From the NCBI RefSeq assembly GCF_963921235.1, contig NC_086108.1:60142001-60206000 (forward strand): DNA of 64,000 nucleotides. Reading direction: 5' to 3'. This DNA comes from Mobula hypostoma. Lineage: Eukaryota. Positions 63,576 to 64,000 of the stretch are shown here, piece after piece (the first letter of the stretch is position 1; every line of letters begins with the position of its first letter). The notes beneath the pieces are model-generated. The model saw only the letters and a program-made list of their open reading frames with translations, was not told where the DNA came from and did no database searches. A program made the translations under genes and the position numbers.

Positions 63576-63699
63576 CTCTGGGGGGAAAAGCCGTCATTCT
63601 CCTTATATCAGCAATGTGACCAGTTTCAGATCTTCCAGCCTCCAAGGTTAGAATTAATGAAGATAGAGGGAAAGATGTATCTCCCGGAACAGCATCCGT
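63576..63699 (-). CDS. Candidate internal host-gene exon (124 bp), product unidentified
   Basis: Acceptor 'ttttatgatag|', donor 'gag|gtaaga'; only one open frame: TDAVPGDTSFPLSSLILTLEAGRSETGHIADIRRMTAFPPR; flanked by TE-free AT-rich DNA. Confidence 0.45.
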
Positions 63700-64000
63700 C
63701 TATCATAAAATGGATTGAAAATCCCAATAGCTAGGTTGCTACCACACTATATATTAATTATAGGTACAAATGACAAAGTTTGAATCAATAAGCTAGTTTA
63801 TTGATTGTTATTTCATGTGGAACATGACAATTTTGTGTTATACCTGTTCAGGTTAATCCAGCTACTGATTTATCACTTGATATTTGTACTGGTGGGTTAT
63901 TAAAATGTTTTTACAGTACTGATCACATGCATTTTATAGCTGATAGGACAAACTGTAAAGAAATAGATACAGTATTATCCTGAAATATGTATTGCCAATT

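Noticed and set aside
1..64000. CRISPR arrays, operons or prokaryotic defence systems
   Set aside because: No regularly spaced direct repeats or gene-dense architecture; all RT and nuclease ORFs belong to eukaryotic TEs.

Overview
Vertebrate-type, CpG-depleted, intron/intergenic-like DNA that is mostly transposable elements. The repeat repertoire suggests a cartilaginous fish, probably a ray (inference only). No complete host gene is visible; there is one candidate coding exon at 63576-63699 (-). Contents: several CR1 LINEs, including two near-identical young copies in inverted orientation (26795-28567 and 40071-43183); many Rex1/Babar-type LINE fragments and a three-copy non-autonomous derivative; a near-full-length decayed HERO/NeSL retrotransposon (20882-24532); a decayed Gypsy provirus with PBS and PPT (44197-49317); four solo LTRs with target-site duplications (TSDs); two hAT/Charlie transposons, one strongly resembling the primate MER1/Charlie3 family as recalled; a mariner-type MITE; tRNA-derived SINEs; RTE-derived non-autonomous elements; and weak Harbinger-like relics. 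The most notable RNA-level signal is a dispersed Penelope-derived family carrying minimal type-I hammerhead ribozyme motifs. Three copies have an intact core, and one is a 96-bp TSD-flanked insertion made of little more than the ribozyme and the 3' tail. Several multi-level nested insertions can be ordered in time from their junctions. Family names come from motif recognition and recall, not database searches.
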